In this document: piece by piece, positions 28,304 to 37,276 of the stretch
Position numbering within the stretch: the stretch's first letter is position 1
Layout: each line of letters begins with the position of its first letter
Assembly: GCA_902596545.1 (NCBI GenBank)
Contig: CACJUH010000003.1
Location: forward strand, 45,790-109,789
Origin: an uncultured Candidatus Actinomarina sp.
GTDB taxonomy: Bacteria; Actinomycetota; Acidimicrobiia; Actinomarinales; Actinomarinaceae
DNA: 64,000 nt
Reading direction: 5' to 3'
Notes under the pieces: generated by a model
Seen by the model: the letters and a program-made list of their open reading frames with translations, nothing else
Told to the model about the DNA's origin: nothing
The model's database searches: none
Made by a program: the position numbers and the translations under genes

Positions 28304-28378
28304 TATCTAATTGTAATTTTTATTTTTTATTTCGCTAATCATATTCAAGTTGTTTCAAATGATAATTATTATGTACAT

Positions 28379-29104
28379 ATGTTAGAAATTAAAAATTTGC
28401 ACGCTGAAGTTGATGATGTAGAAATTCTAAAAGGTGTTGATTTAAAAATTAATCCTGGTGAAGTCCATGCAATTATGGGTCCGAATGGTTCTGGTAAGTC
28501 AACTCTTGCAAACGTTGTGATGGGTAATCCTGTGTATGAGATTTCTAAAGGAAATATTATTTTTGAAGGTGAAGACATAACAGAAGAGCCTGTCGATAAT
28601 AGGGCAAAATTAGGCATGTTTTTAGCTTTTCAATATCCAGAATCTATACCAGGAGTAACAATTGTTAATATGTTAAAAACTGCTCTTACGAATATAGAGG
28701 AAACTGAGTACACCACATTAGAACTTCGACTAAAAGTAGCAGAATCAATGGAGCAACTTGGACTATCTGCGGATTTTGCTGATCGTTATTTAAATGAAGG
28801 ATTTTCTGGTGGCGAAAGAAAGAGAAATGAGATTTTGCAATTAGCTGTTTTAGATCCAAAATTTGCGATTTTGGATGAAACTGACTCTGGTTTAGATGTT
28901 GATGGACTTAGAGTAGTTGGTGAAGGTGTTAGTAAATTGAAAACTGATGACAAAGGCTATTTAGTAGTTACTCACTATCAAAGGTTGCTTGAGTACATTA
29001 AGCCAGATTTTGTTCATGTTTTTGTTGATGGAAAAATTGTTGAATCTGGTGGTGTTGGACTATCTGATAAACTAGAAAAAGATGGGTACGAATCTTATTT
29101 ATGA
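28379..29104 (+). CDS. sufC: SufC-like Fe-S cluster assembly ATPase (second paralog in this window)
   Basis: MLEIKNLHAEVDDVEILKGVDL...GPNGSGKST (Walker A), LSGGERKR and a D-loop. The start was moved from 28298 to the ATG at 28379, which follows the divergent intergenic region. Confidence 0.8.
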   Translation: MLEIKNLHAEVDDVEILKGVDLKINPGEVHAIMGPNGSGKSTLANVVMGNPVYEISKGNIIFEGEDITEEPVDNRAKLGMFLAFQYPESIPGVTIVNMLKTALTNIEETEYTTLELRLKVAESMEQLGLSADFADRYLNEGFSGGERKRNEILQLAVLDPKFAILDETDSGLDVDGLRVVGEGVSKLKTDDKGYLVVTHYQRLLEYIKPDFVHVFVDGKIVESGGVGLSDKLEKDGYESYL

Positions 29105-30321
29105 TAAAAGTCTCAGATATTAAAAAAGATTTTCCAATTTTTGAACGTCAAATAAATGGAAACAAATTAACATATCTTGATTCTGGAGCAACATCACAAA
29201 AACCAAATCAAGTTATAGATGTAATGTCTGATGTTTATAAAAATAATAATGCAAATGTCCATAGAGGAACTTATGTACTATCGTCTGAAACAACAGGTAA
29301 ATACGAAGATGTTAGAACTAAATTTCAGAAATTTATCAATGCGTATGATTCAGATGAAATAATTTTTACTAAAGGATGTACAGAAGGTTTTAATTTACTT
29401 TCAAATTCTATTTGTAAAAACCTAAATCAGGGTGATGAAATAATTTTGTCAGAAATCGAACACCACGCAAACATAATTCCATGGCAAATGGCAGCTGAAA
29501 AATACAATTTAAATATCAAGTTTATAAATGTCGATGAATCTTTCAACTTAGATATAGATCATTTAAAAAGTCTATTGAGTTCGAAGACAAAAATTGTCTC
29601 AATCGTTGGTGAGTCCAATATTTCTGGAATGTTACCCGACATTAAAGAAATAGTAACTATTGTAAAATCAAAATCGGATGCGTTATTCATTCTTGATGGT
29701 GCTCAACTTGTACCTCATAGATCAGTAGATGTTCAAGACCTTGGTATAGATTTTTTATGTGTATCCGGACACAAGATGCTTGGGCCAACAGGAATAGGAG
29801 TTGTTTGGGGTAGGAAAGAACTCTGGGACTCTATGGATCCAGTATATGGCGGTGGAGACATGATTGAAGAAGTTTACTACGACAAAGCAACTTGGGCGCC
29901 TGTTCCACATAAGTTTGAAGCTGGAACGCCTCCGTTTGTTGAGGCAATAGGTTTAGGTGCCGCTGTGGATTATTTAACTAATATTTCCATGAATGAGGTC
30001 CAACAACACTCTGACAGTCTAAGAGAATACGCAAAAAATAAACTTGAAAATATCGATGGTTTAAATATTATTCACTCTTTATCAAAAAATGCTGGATGTA
30101 CTTTTGCAATGAGCATAGAGGGAGCCCATGCAACAGATGTTTCCTTGATGCTTGATACTTATGGAGTTGCCGTAAGAGCTGGTCATCATTGTGTTCAACC
30201 ATTTCACAGGAAATTGAATTTGGATGCGACTTTTAGAGCTACTGGATATATATATAATGACGAAGAAGACTTTGACATTCTTGCAAATGCTATTGAAGAT
30301 AGTATGAAAATGCTTAAATAA
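29101..30321 (+). CDS. sufS: Cysteine desulfurase SufS (class V aminotransferase)
   Basis: PLP lysine in SGHKMLGPTGIGV and the catalytic Cys region HHCVQP. Placed between sufC and sufE. Confidence 0.85.
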   Translation: MIKVSDIKKDFPIFERQINGNKLTYLDSGATSQKPNQVIDVMSDVYKNNNANVHRGTYVLSSETTGKYEDVRTKFQKFINAYDSDEIIFTKGCTEGFNLLSNSICKNLNQGDEIILSEIEHHANIIPWQMAAEKYNLNIKFINVDESFNLDIDHLKSLLSSKTKIVSIVGESNISGMLPDIKEIVTIVKSKSDALFILDGAQLVPHRSVDVQDLGIDFLCVSGHKMLGPTGIGVVWGRKELWDSMDPVYGGGDMIEEVYYDKATWAPVPHKFEAGTPPFVEAIGLGAAVDYLTNISMNEVQQHSDSLREYAKNKLENIDGLNIIHSLSKNAGCTFAMSIEGAHATDVSLMLDTYGVAVRAGHHCVQPFHRKLNLDATFRATGYIYNDEEDFDILANAIEDSMKMLK

Positions 30322-30734
30322 TGAGTATTGAAGAAAAAGTTTCAAACTATAAAAAAACTTTAGAGATTTTTCCAAATCCGCAGGAAAAATATCAATATTT
30401 AATTGAACAGGCAAAGAAAAGTGACGAATTTCCTATTGAACTAAGGGTAGACGAATTCAAAGTAAATGGATGTCAAAGTCAAGTTTGGCTCGTACCAGAA
30501 GAAAAAGATGATAAGTTGTTTTTTAAAAGCGACTCGGATGCATTGATTGCTAAAGGACTTGTAACATTAATAGCTGCTATTTACTCAAACGAAACAGCAG
30601 AAGATATTGCTAACTCTCAAATTGACTTAATGGAAGAGTTTGAGTTAGGCGTGATATTAAGCCCTGCCAGAAGAAATGGTGCCTTCAGTATGTTAAAAAC
30701 TATAAGAGAATTTGCTCTTAAATTAACTGATTGA
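30321..30734 (+). CDS. sufE: SufE-like sulfur acceptor protein
   Basis: Conserved NGCQSQVW persulfide-carrier cysteine motif. 137 aa. Confidence 0.75.
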   Translation: MSIEEKVSNYKKTLEIFPNPQEKYQYLIEQAKKSDEFPIELRVDEFKVNGCQSQVWLVPEEKDDKLFFKSDSDALIAKGLVTLIAAIYSNETAEDIANSQIDLMEEFELGVILSPARRNGAFSMLKTIREFALKLTD

Positions 30735-31211
30735 ACCCTCTTCCCACCAATTTTCATGTGGGAAAAATATCCATACATCTTCTGTATCTTTAGCTAGATC
30801 TCTGGTGTAATAATGAGGCTCAAAATCACATTCATTATTCCACCAAAGTGCTGAAAATCTTACTTCACATTCATGGTTTATATTTTCTTTAATGTAGTTG
30901 GATAGTCTTTCAAACGTTTCACCACTATCACATATATCATCAACTATTAATACTTTTGAATCATTTGGTTTTGGTAAATAATTTTCCCAATGCGGAAAAT
31001 CTCTTGTTGAAGCATGAACAGGTTTAAATGGTATATTCAATTTATGTGAAATCATAACGCCAGGTATTAATCCTCCTCGACTAATTCCAACAATTACATC
31101 TGGTGTAAATTCATCCTTTTCAATTTGATCACAAATTTTATTTGTGTCAGAGACTTGTTGCTCCCATGTGTAAATTAATTTTTCCATTTTCGTAAGAGTT
31201 AATTTTATCAA
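30723..31211 (-). CDS. gpt: Xanthine-guanine phosphoribosyltransferase-like type I PRTase
   Basis: GISRGGLIPGVMISHKLNIP and the PRPP motif VLIVDDICDSGETF. The ~160 aa size matches Gpt. Confidence 0.6.
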   Translation of the reverse strand: MIKLTLTKMEKLIYTWEQQVSDTNKICDQIEKDEFTPDVIVGISRGGLIPGVMISHKLNIPFKPVHASTRDFPHWENYLPKPNDSKVLIVDDICDSGETFERLSNYIKENINHECEVRFSALWWNNECDFEPHYYTRDLAKDTEDVWIFFPHENWWEEGSIS

Positions 31212-31315
31212 ACTATCAAAAACTGAACATCAAAAAATTAAATTATTTTTAACTTCAAAATAAATTGCGTAGCAAGAGTATGTTCTATAATGAATTCTAT
31301 GAAGAGGAGGTAAGG

Positions 31316-32323
31316 ATGCGTAGAAGTTGGGCGGTAGGCCTAATTATTATCAGTATTCTTGCTATGGCATGCGGTGGAGCCGCATCCGTAGATGATTACA
31401 AAGCTGCATTCGTGTATGTAGGTCCAGCAGATGATGGTGGATGGTCACAAGCACACGATGTAGGTCGACAATTTCTTGTAGATCAGACTGGAATTGAAAC
31501 AGCTTATACAGAGCTTGTTCCAGAAGATGCTACAGAATTCAGAACTGTTGCTGAAGCATATATTGAACAAGGTTACAATATTATCTTTGGTACAACATTC
31601 GGTTATTTAGATGCAATGGCAGAAATGGCAGAGGAGTATCCAGATGTTATTTTCTTACATTGTTCAGGTTATCTAAAAAATGATACAAACTTTGGTAACT
31701 ATTTTGGAAAAATGTATCAGCCAAGATATCTTTCCGGTCTAGCAGCTGGAGCAATGACAGAGTCTAACAAAATAGGTTATGTTGCTGCGTTTCCAATTCC
31801 TGAAGTTATTAGAGGAATAAATGCCTTTGCTACTGGTGTTAAAGAGGTAAATCCAGATGCAACTGTAGAAGTTGTTTGGACATTTACATGGTTCGGTCCA
31901 GAAGCCGAAACACAAGCTGCAAATGCATTGCTTGAAACTGGTGTTGATGTACTTGCTCAACATCAAGATTCACCATCAACTGGTATCGCAGCTGAAGCTG
32001 CTGGTGCTAAATGGATTTCTTACAATACCGCATATGGACAAGATGCTGCTCCTGGAGCCTTCGTAACAGCACCTGTCTGGGACTGGGGTCCTTACTATGT
32101 ACAGGTAGTTGAGTCTATTGTGAATGATGAATTTGTTGCGGAAGCATATTGGGGTGGTATGGAAACTGGATTAGTATCTCTTTACGAACTATCTTCAGAT
32201 GTACCTGCTGATACCGCTACTTTAATTTCTGAAAGAACAGAAGAAATTATTAGTGGTTCATTTGATCCTCCAATTGTGGAAGATGAATTTATTGACAATG
32301 TTATAGGTACTGTAAATCCTTAA
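31316..32323 (+). CDS. BMP-family (PnrA-like) ABC transporter substrate-binding lipoprotein, probably for nucleosides
   Basis: The start was moved to the ATG at 31316, preceded by GAGGAGG at 31303..31309. Lipobox LAMAC-GG. Bmp/PnrA-like body (AFVYVGPADDGGWSQAHD...). Confidence 0.8.
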   Translation: MRRSWAVGLIIISILAMACGGAASVDDYKAAFVYVGPADDGGWSQAHDVGRQFLVDQTGIETAYTELVPEDATEFRTVAEAYIEQGYNIIFGTTFGYLDAMAEMAEEYPDVIFLHCSGYLKNDTNFGNYFGKMYQPRYLSGLAAGAMTESNKIGYVAAFPIPEVIRGINAFATGVKEVNPDATVEVVWTFTWFGPEAETQAANALLETGVDVLAQHQDSPSTGIAAEAAGAKWISYNTAYGQDAAPGAFVTAPVWDWGPYYVQVVESIVNDEFVAEAYWGGMETGLVSLYELSSDVPADTATLISERTEEIISGSFDPPIVEDEFIDNVIGTVNP

Positions 32324-32335
32324 CATGTTTTTTAT

Positions 32336-32370
32336 AAGCACTCCAGTTAATGCTGGAGTGCTTATTTTTA
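32336..32370 (+). terminator. Rho-independent terminator or attenuator hairpin between the SBP gene and the ABC ATPase gene
   Basis: AAGCACTCCAG-TTAAT-GCTGGAGTGCTT forms an 11-12 bp GC-rich stem, followed by ATTTTTA. It is very GC-rich for its neighbourhood. The next gene starts 5 nt later at 32375. Confidence 0.55.
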
Positions 32371-32374
32371 ATTA

Positions 32375-33868
32375 ATGACAGTCCCAATTTTAGAAGTAAA
32401 AGGTATTTCCAAAACATTTGGAAAAGTAAAGGCACTTGATAGTGTTGACTTCTATCTGCAAAAAGGAGTAGTCCACGGATTACTTGGTGAAAACGGTGCC
32501 GGTAAGTCGTCATTAATGAATGTTCTGTCTGGTATTTATATTCCAGAACAAGGAACTATCAAGATACAAAATAAAAAGATAGAAAGATTGAACCCTGAAT
32601 TAGCCTCATCCCTTGGTATAGGGATGGTACATCAAGAATTTAGACTAATTGAAAACTTCACTATTAAAGATAATTTAACGCTATCAAAGGCAAATATTTT
32701 TCTAGAAAACTTTAAAGAGGCATATCTGAAATACTCAGAAATATTCTCTCTTAATTCAAGCTATAACACTCTTGTTAAAGACCTTTCTGTTGGCGAAAAA
32801 CAAAAAGTTGAAATAATGAAATTAATTTTTAAAAACAGTGCAATTATGTTGCTTGATGAACCTACTGCTGTTTTAACCCCTCAAGAAACCTCACAATTAA
32901 AAATATCTTTGGAGACACTTTCTAAAGAAGATGAAAAAACAATTGTCCTCATAACGCATAAATTAAAAGAAATTAAGGATTTTACAGAAACTATATTTGT
33001 AATGAAAAATGGAAAAATGGTTGCTGAGAATTTACAAACCGACAAGGTATCAGATAAACATCTCATTGAATTGATGATGGGTGAAATAAAAACAATGAGT
33101 TTTAAAAAAGACAATCTAAAAGGTGAAACTAAATTAGAAGTACAAAATATTTCTTTAATAAATAACGATGAAGTTAATGTTCTGAAAGATATTTCTTTCA
33201 ATATAAAATCAGGTGAAATATTAGGGGTTGCAGGTGTCTCAGGAAATGGACAAGTTGAACTTTCAAATGTTATATGTGGAATCCAGCAAGAATTTAATGG
33301 GAAAGTTTTAATTAATTCAAATGATGTATCAGGGAAAGGTGTTAAGTCACGTAAAAAACTTAACTTGTCTTATATACCAGAAAATAGACTTGGAGTGGGT
33401 TTAGCACCTGGAGTATCAGTTTTAGATAACTCAGCAATTAGAGAATATTTTAAAGCAAGTTACGGTCCTCATTTATCAAAAGGGAAAATGTTAAATTATT
33501 TAAATGATTTGATAAAACAATTTTCAATTAAAGCTCCTGACGTAAAAGCAGAAATTTCAACTTTATCGGGTGGAAATATGCAAAAACTACTAATGGGCCG
33601 AGAATTAATTTCAAATCCTGAAGTTATAGTTGCAGCGCAGCCAACTAGAGGTCTAGATGTTAGTGCAGTTGAATCGATACATAAATTGATAATTAATCAA
33701 AGAGATGAAGGCTCTGCAGTCTTGCTAATATCTGAAGACCTTGATGAATTGTTCAAGCTCAGCGACAGAATAATTGTACTTTACGAAGGAAGAATAATTA
33801 AGGAGGTTGATATTGAGTCGGCCAACATAGAATCCTTAGGTTTAGCGATGGCTGGTATAAATGAATAA
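32375..33868 (+). CDS. ABC transporter ATP-binding protein with tandem ABC domains (nucleoside/sugar importer type)
   Basis: Two Walker A motifs (GENGAGKSS and GVSGNGQ), two LSGG signatures, and 497 aa length. Confidence 0.85.
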   Translation: MTVPILEVKGISKTFGKVKALDSVDFYLQKGVVHGLLGENGAGKSSLMNVLSGIYIPEQGTIKIQNKKIERLNPELASSLGIGMVHQEFRLIENFTIKDNLTLSKANIFLENFKEAYLKYSEIFSLNSSYNTLVKDLSVGEKQKVEIMKLIFKNSAIMLLDEPTAVLTPQETSQLKISLETLSKEDEKTIVLITHKLKEIKDFTETIFVMKNGKMVAENLQTDKVSDKHLIELMMGEIKTMSFKKDNLKGETKLEVQNISLINNDEVNVLKDISFNIKSGEILGVAGVSGNGQVELSNVICGIQQEFNGKVLINSNDVSGKGVKSRKKLNLSYIPENRLGVGLAPGVSVLDNSAIREYFKASYGPHLSKGKMLNYLNDLIKQFSIKAPDVKAEISTLSGGNMQKLLMGRELISNPEVIVAAQPTRGLDVSAVESIHKLIINQRDEGSAVLLISEDLDELFKLSDRIIVLYEGRIIKEVDIESANIESLGLAMAGINE

Positions 33869-34922
33869 TTATATCCTCTCAAAAAAACTTTTCAGAAATG
33901 AACTGTCTACATTTTATTCTTTTTTAATTGGTTTTATAGTTGCATTATTTGTAGGATCATTAATTTTGTTAATTCAGGACAAAAATCCAATTGATGTATT
34001 TTCTTTAATGCTAAAACTTTCAGTTGGCAGTATAAATAGTTTGAGTAATTCTTTGAATAAAGCTATTCCACTAATACTTGCAGGACTTGGAATATCCATA
34101 ATCAACTCTGTTAGATTATGGAATATTGGTGCTGAAGGACAAATATTTATGGGCGCTTTAGCGCTCAACTTTTTCTATATAAATTCTTCAATACAAAACT
34201 CAACATTATATATATTTCTACTGCTTACAGCTTCCTTCATTGGAGGCTCTATATGTATTCTCATACCAGCATTAACAAAAGTTTTATTTGGTGTTAATGA
34301 AATCATTACAACATTGTTAACAAATTATATTGTTTTTGGATTAACAATATACCTTATAAATGGTGTTTGGAAAGATCCAGCATCTTTAAACTTTCCTGCA
34401 GCTGCTTATGTAAATGAGTCGGTTTATTTACCAATTATCGTTGGAAAATTAAGTTCTGGTTTTCTAATTTGTATAATTTTCACTTTGTTAGCTTTTTATA
34501 TAAAAGATAAGTCAGTTTTTGGTTATGAAATGCGTATTGCCGGAGGTTCAGAATTAACAGCAATCTATGCTGGAATCAGTGCTAAACAAAAAGCTTTTTT
34601 AGCAATGCTAATTGGAGGAGGTTTTGCTGGACTTGCAGGAGGAATAGAACTACTTAGCCAAACTCACAGGGTTTCAACTGGTATATCACAAGGTTTTGGA
34701 TATACAGCAATTATTGTTGCAGCAATCACTGGTATGCGTCCACTTGGAATATTTCTAGTTGGTTGTTTATTTGGTGCACTAACGATTGGTGGTTCTGTAA
34801 TTCAAACTATAGGAGTGAGTTCTTATATTGCAGAAATTATCCAGGCAACTACATTATTTGGAGCTCTAGTCGCGCAATTCTTTTTCTCTTACGAGATTAA
34901 AAAAAAGGTAGAGAATGGTTGA
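33861..34922 (+). CDS. ABC transporter permease (BMP-family system, permease 1)
   Basis: 353 aa polytopic membrane protein. Overlaps the ATPase gene by 8 nt. Confidence 0.75.
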   Translation: MNNYILSKKLFRNELSTFYSFLIGFIVALFVGSLILLIQDKNPIDVFSLMLKLSVGSINSLSNSLNKAIPLILAGLGISIINSVRLWNIGAEGQIFMGALALNFFYINSSIQNSTLYIFLLLTASFIGGSICILIPALTKVLFGVNEIITTLLTNYIVFGLTIYLINGVWKDPASLNFPAAAYVNESVYLPIIVGKLSSGFLICIIFTLLAFYIKDKSVFGYEMRIAGGSELTAIYAGISAKQKAFLAMLIGGGFAGLAGGIELLSQTHRVSTGISQGFGYTAIIVAAITGMRPLGIFLVGCLFGALTIGGSVIQTIGVSSYIAEIIQATTLFGALVAQFFFSYEIKKKVENG

Positions 34923-35838
34923 TATACAATTCATTGGTTTATTAAACGCGACATTACAGGCTGCTACATTATTATTTATTGCTGCATTAGGAGAACTTAT
35001 AACAGAAAAGTCAGGAATCTTAAACTTAGGTGTTGAAGGAATGATATCTATAGGTGCTGTATCAGGATTTATCGCTGCAATAAATACAGGTAGTTTATTT
35101 TTTGCAATAATTATTGGGGTATTAAGTGCTTCCGTATTTGCTTCAATTCATGCTTTTGTTACTGTAGTGCTTAAACAAGACCAAACAGTTTCGGGACTTA
35201 TATTAACTATCCTTGGTCTTTCTCTTTCATCATTAATTGGAAAGAAGCATGTAGGTAAAAAACTTGATGTGAAGCTAGAAAGTGTTGTCAATATTGCTGA
35301 ACCAGATAGTATTCTTGATATCTTTTTAAGTCAAAATATTATTTTTTATCTTGGAATTTTACTTATGGTAGCTACTGCTTATGTGCTTAAAAGAACCATG
35401 TTTGGTAGGAGGCTAGAAGCTATAGGAGAAGATTTAAAATCTTCTGATTCAATGGGATTAAAAATTGCAAAAACACAATTTATAGCAACATGTGTTGGTG
35501 GTGCATTTGCTGGACTTTCTGGAGTGTACCTTACATTAAGTTATGTACCTTACTGGACTGATGGAATGACAGCTGGAAGAGGCTGGATAGCCCTAGCCCT
35601 GGTTATTTTTGGAGGATGGAAGCCATACCGAACCGCTTTTGGTGCGTTGTTGTTTGGATTCTTAGAAGCACTTGGTCCCAGGTTGCAGACTTATGGATTT
35701 GAAATGAGTCCATATATAGTTAAAATTACTCCCTACATAATTACTATTTTGGTTTTGATTCTTTTAACAATCTTTAAGAATGGCGATACTGGTGCACCGA
35801 GAAATATTGGTATTCCATTTTTTAGAGAAAACAGATAA
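34915..35838 (+). CDS. ABC transporter permease (BMP-family system, permease 2)
   Basis: 307 aa polytopic membrane protein. Overlaps the previous permease gene by 8 nt. Confidence 0.75.
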   Translation: MVDIQFIGLLNATLQAATLLFIAALGELITEKSGILNLGVEGMISIGAVSGFIAAINTGSLFFAIIIGVLSASVFASIHAFVTVVLKQDQTVSGLILTILGLSLSSLIGKKHVGKKLDVKLESVVNIAEPDSILDIFLSQNIIFYLGILLMVATAYVLKRTMFGRRLEAIGEDLKSSDSMGLKIAKTQFIATCVGGAFAGLSGVYLTLSYVPYWTDGMTAGRGWIALALVIFGGWKPYRTAFGALLFGFLEALGPRLQTYGFEMSPYIVKITPYIITILVLILLTIFKNGDTGAPRNIGIPFFRENR

Positions 35839-35884
35839 ATGTACTAATTTAAAAGCAATATTTCTGTTATTATAAAAAAGACTT

Positions 35885-35921
35885 TAAATGATACCAGTGA
35901 GTGTCAAAAGGAGATAACTTG
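35885..35921 (+). promoter_or_regulatory. Candidate PyrR-binding loop and RBS region in the pyr operon leader
   Basis: AUACCAGUGAGUGUC resembles the PyrR binding-loop core UCCAGAGAGGCU (8 of 12). A GAUAC/GUGUC mini-stem is possible. The site abuts the AAAGGAG Shine-Dalgarno and an alternative TTG start at 35919. Confidence 0.25.
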
Positions 35922-36401
35922 GATATAAACAAAGCTCTTTTTCGCCTGAGTAAAGAGATTACAGAATCTGAATTCAATAATCCTTTGTTGATAGGTATTC
36001 CAAGAAGAGGAGATTTGTTAGCGAAAAGATTATCAAATAATCTTATTCAATTTAACTATTCTCACGACTTGGATACTGTTGACTATTTACCGTTTAGAGA
36101 CGACCTAGAAAAAGAAGTTAAAAAAACAAATTTATCTATCAATCCTGAAGATCGAGAAATTATTTTAATAGATGATGTTATATATACGGGTCGAACACTA
36201 AGAGCGTCCATTGAGGCAGTAGTATTTTCGGGAAGACCAAAATCTATATCTCTTTTGTGTTTAATAGATAGAGGACATAGAGAGTTACCAATCTCACCCA
36301 AATTTATAGGAAAAAATATTCCAACGAACGAAAATGAATACGTATCAGTTTTTCTTCAAGAGATTGATGATGTCGATAAGGTTGAGGTTACAAACATATG
36401 A
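35901..36401 (+). CDS. pyrR: Bifunctional pyr operon regulator / uracil phosphoribosyltransferase PyrR
   Basis: IILIDDVIYTGRTLRASIEAV...LIDRGHRELPISPKFIGKN is the PyrR signature. The track start is GTG at 35901. A TTG at 35919 with an upstream AAAGGAG is an alternative. Confidence 0.8.
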   Translation: MSKGDNLDINKALFRLSKEITESEFNNPLLIGIPRRGDLLAKRLSNNLIQFNYSHDLDTVDYLPFRDDLEKEVKKTNLSINPEDREIILIDDVIYTGRTLRASIEAVVFSGRPKSISLLCLIDRGHRELPISPKFIGKNIPTNENEYVSVFLQEIDDVDKVEVTNI

Positions 36402-37276
36402 AACATCTTTTAGATTTTCAAAATATTCAAAAAAAAGAAATGGAAAAGCTAATAGAAGAGATTTTAAAAGTAGATTTATATAAATTGAATCAAATCAAAT
36501 CATTAACTCTATTGCAATTTAATGAAAACTCAACAAGGACAAGGCTGTCTTTTGCAATTGCAGCAAAGAGGCTTGGAATAGATATTGTTGAATCAACTGA
36601 CAATATTTCTGCAAAATCTAAAGGAGAAGGATTGATGCATGAGTTAGAAACGTATCAATCTATGGGTATTGAAACAGTCGTAATTAGAAGTAGTGAAAAC
36701 AACATAGAAGATTACAAAAATTATAAAGAAGTAGCAATAATTAGTGGGGGTTTTGGAAACTCATCTCACCCAACACAAGCATTAGTTGATGCAGCTACCT
36801 TAATGAAACTTGGTAAATTTAATTATGATATCCCTGTTACCTATGTAGGAGACCTGAAGCATTCAAGAGTATTTTCATCCGGAAGAGAGCTTTTGAATAA
36901 ACTAGGTTTTAAAGTTGGAGTTTTTACAAATGAAGAACTTATCCCTGAAAATACGGATGGTCTTAATATTTTTAATTCCTGGGATGAAGTAATAGAAAAT
37001 TCTGGATCTTTAGAATTATTAAGAGTTCAAAAAGAAAGAATAGAAAATCTTTCTAGCTTTAACTTTGAGAAATATATAAAACATTTCCAACTAAGTAATG
37101 AAGTACTTTCGCAAACTCCACCAGATTTTGCAGTTTTTCATCCAATGCCAATAAATATTGGTATAGAAATCGATGAAATTGCAGCAAAAAATGAAAAATT
37201 TAAATATGGAGAGCAACTCAAGTTTGCAATTCCAGCAAGAATAATCAGTTACAGATATGCACTAGGAAATATATGA
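36398..37276 (+). CDS. pyrB: Aspartate carbamoyltransferase catalytic subunit
   Basis: ENSTRTRLSF (STRTR carbamoyl-phosphate motif) and HPTQAL. Overlaps pyrR by 4 nt. Confidence 0.85.
   Translation: MKHLLDFQNIQKKEMEKLIEEILKVDLYKLNQIKSLTLLQFNENSTRTRLSFAIAAKRLGIDIVESTDNISAKSKGEGLMHELETYQSMGIETVVIRSSENNIEDYKNYKEVAIISGGFGNSSHPTQALVDAATLMKLGKFNYDIPVTYVGDLKHSRVFSSGRELLNKLGFKVGVFTNEELIPENTDGLNIFNSWDEVIENSGSLELLRVQKERIENLSSFNFEKYIKHFQLSNEVLSQTPPDFAVFHPMPINIGIEIDEIAAKNEKFKYGEQLKFAIPARIISYRYALGNI

Noticed and set aside
28298-28378. The 27-codon N-terminal extension of the sufC-like ORF (MHYLIVIFIFYFANHIQVVSNDNYYVH).
   Set aside because: It is hydrophobic and low-complexity, and it overlaps the divergent acyl-CoA dehydrogenase start region. 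The conserved SufC N-terminus begins at the ATG at 28379.
31265-31315. The upstream extension of the BMP lipoprotein ORF (MRSKSMFYNEFYEEEVR).
   Set aside because: A canonical GAGGAGG Shine-Dalgarno lies 6 nt before the internal ATG at 31316, and the signal peptide and lipobox start there. The extension would put charged residues in front of the signal peptide.
31212-31315. A possible purine riboswitch upstream of the BMP nucleoside-transporter gene.
   Set aside because: The region lacks the conserved purine-riboswitch junction sequences (UAUA...CCGGGA...). No three-stem junction is apparent.
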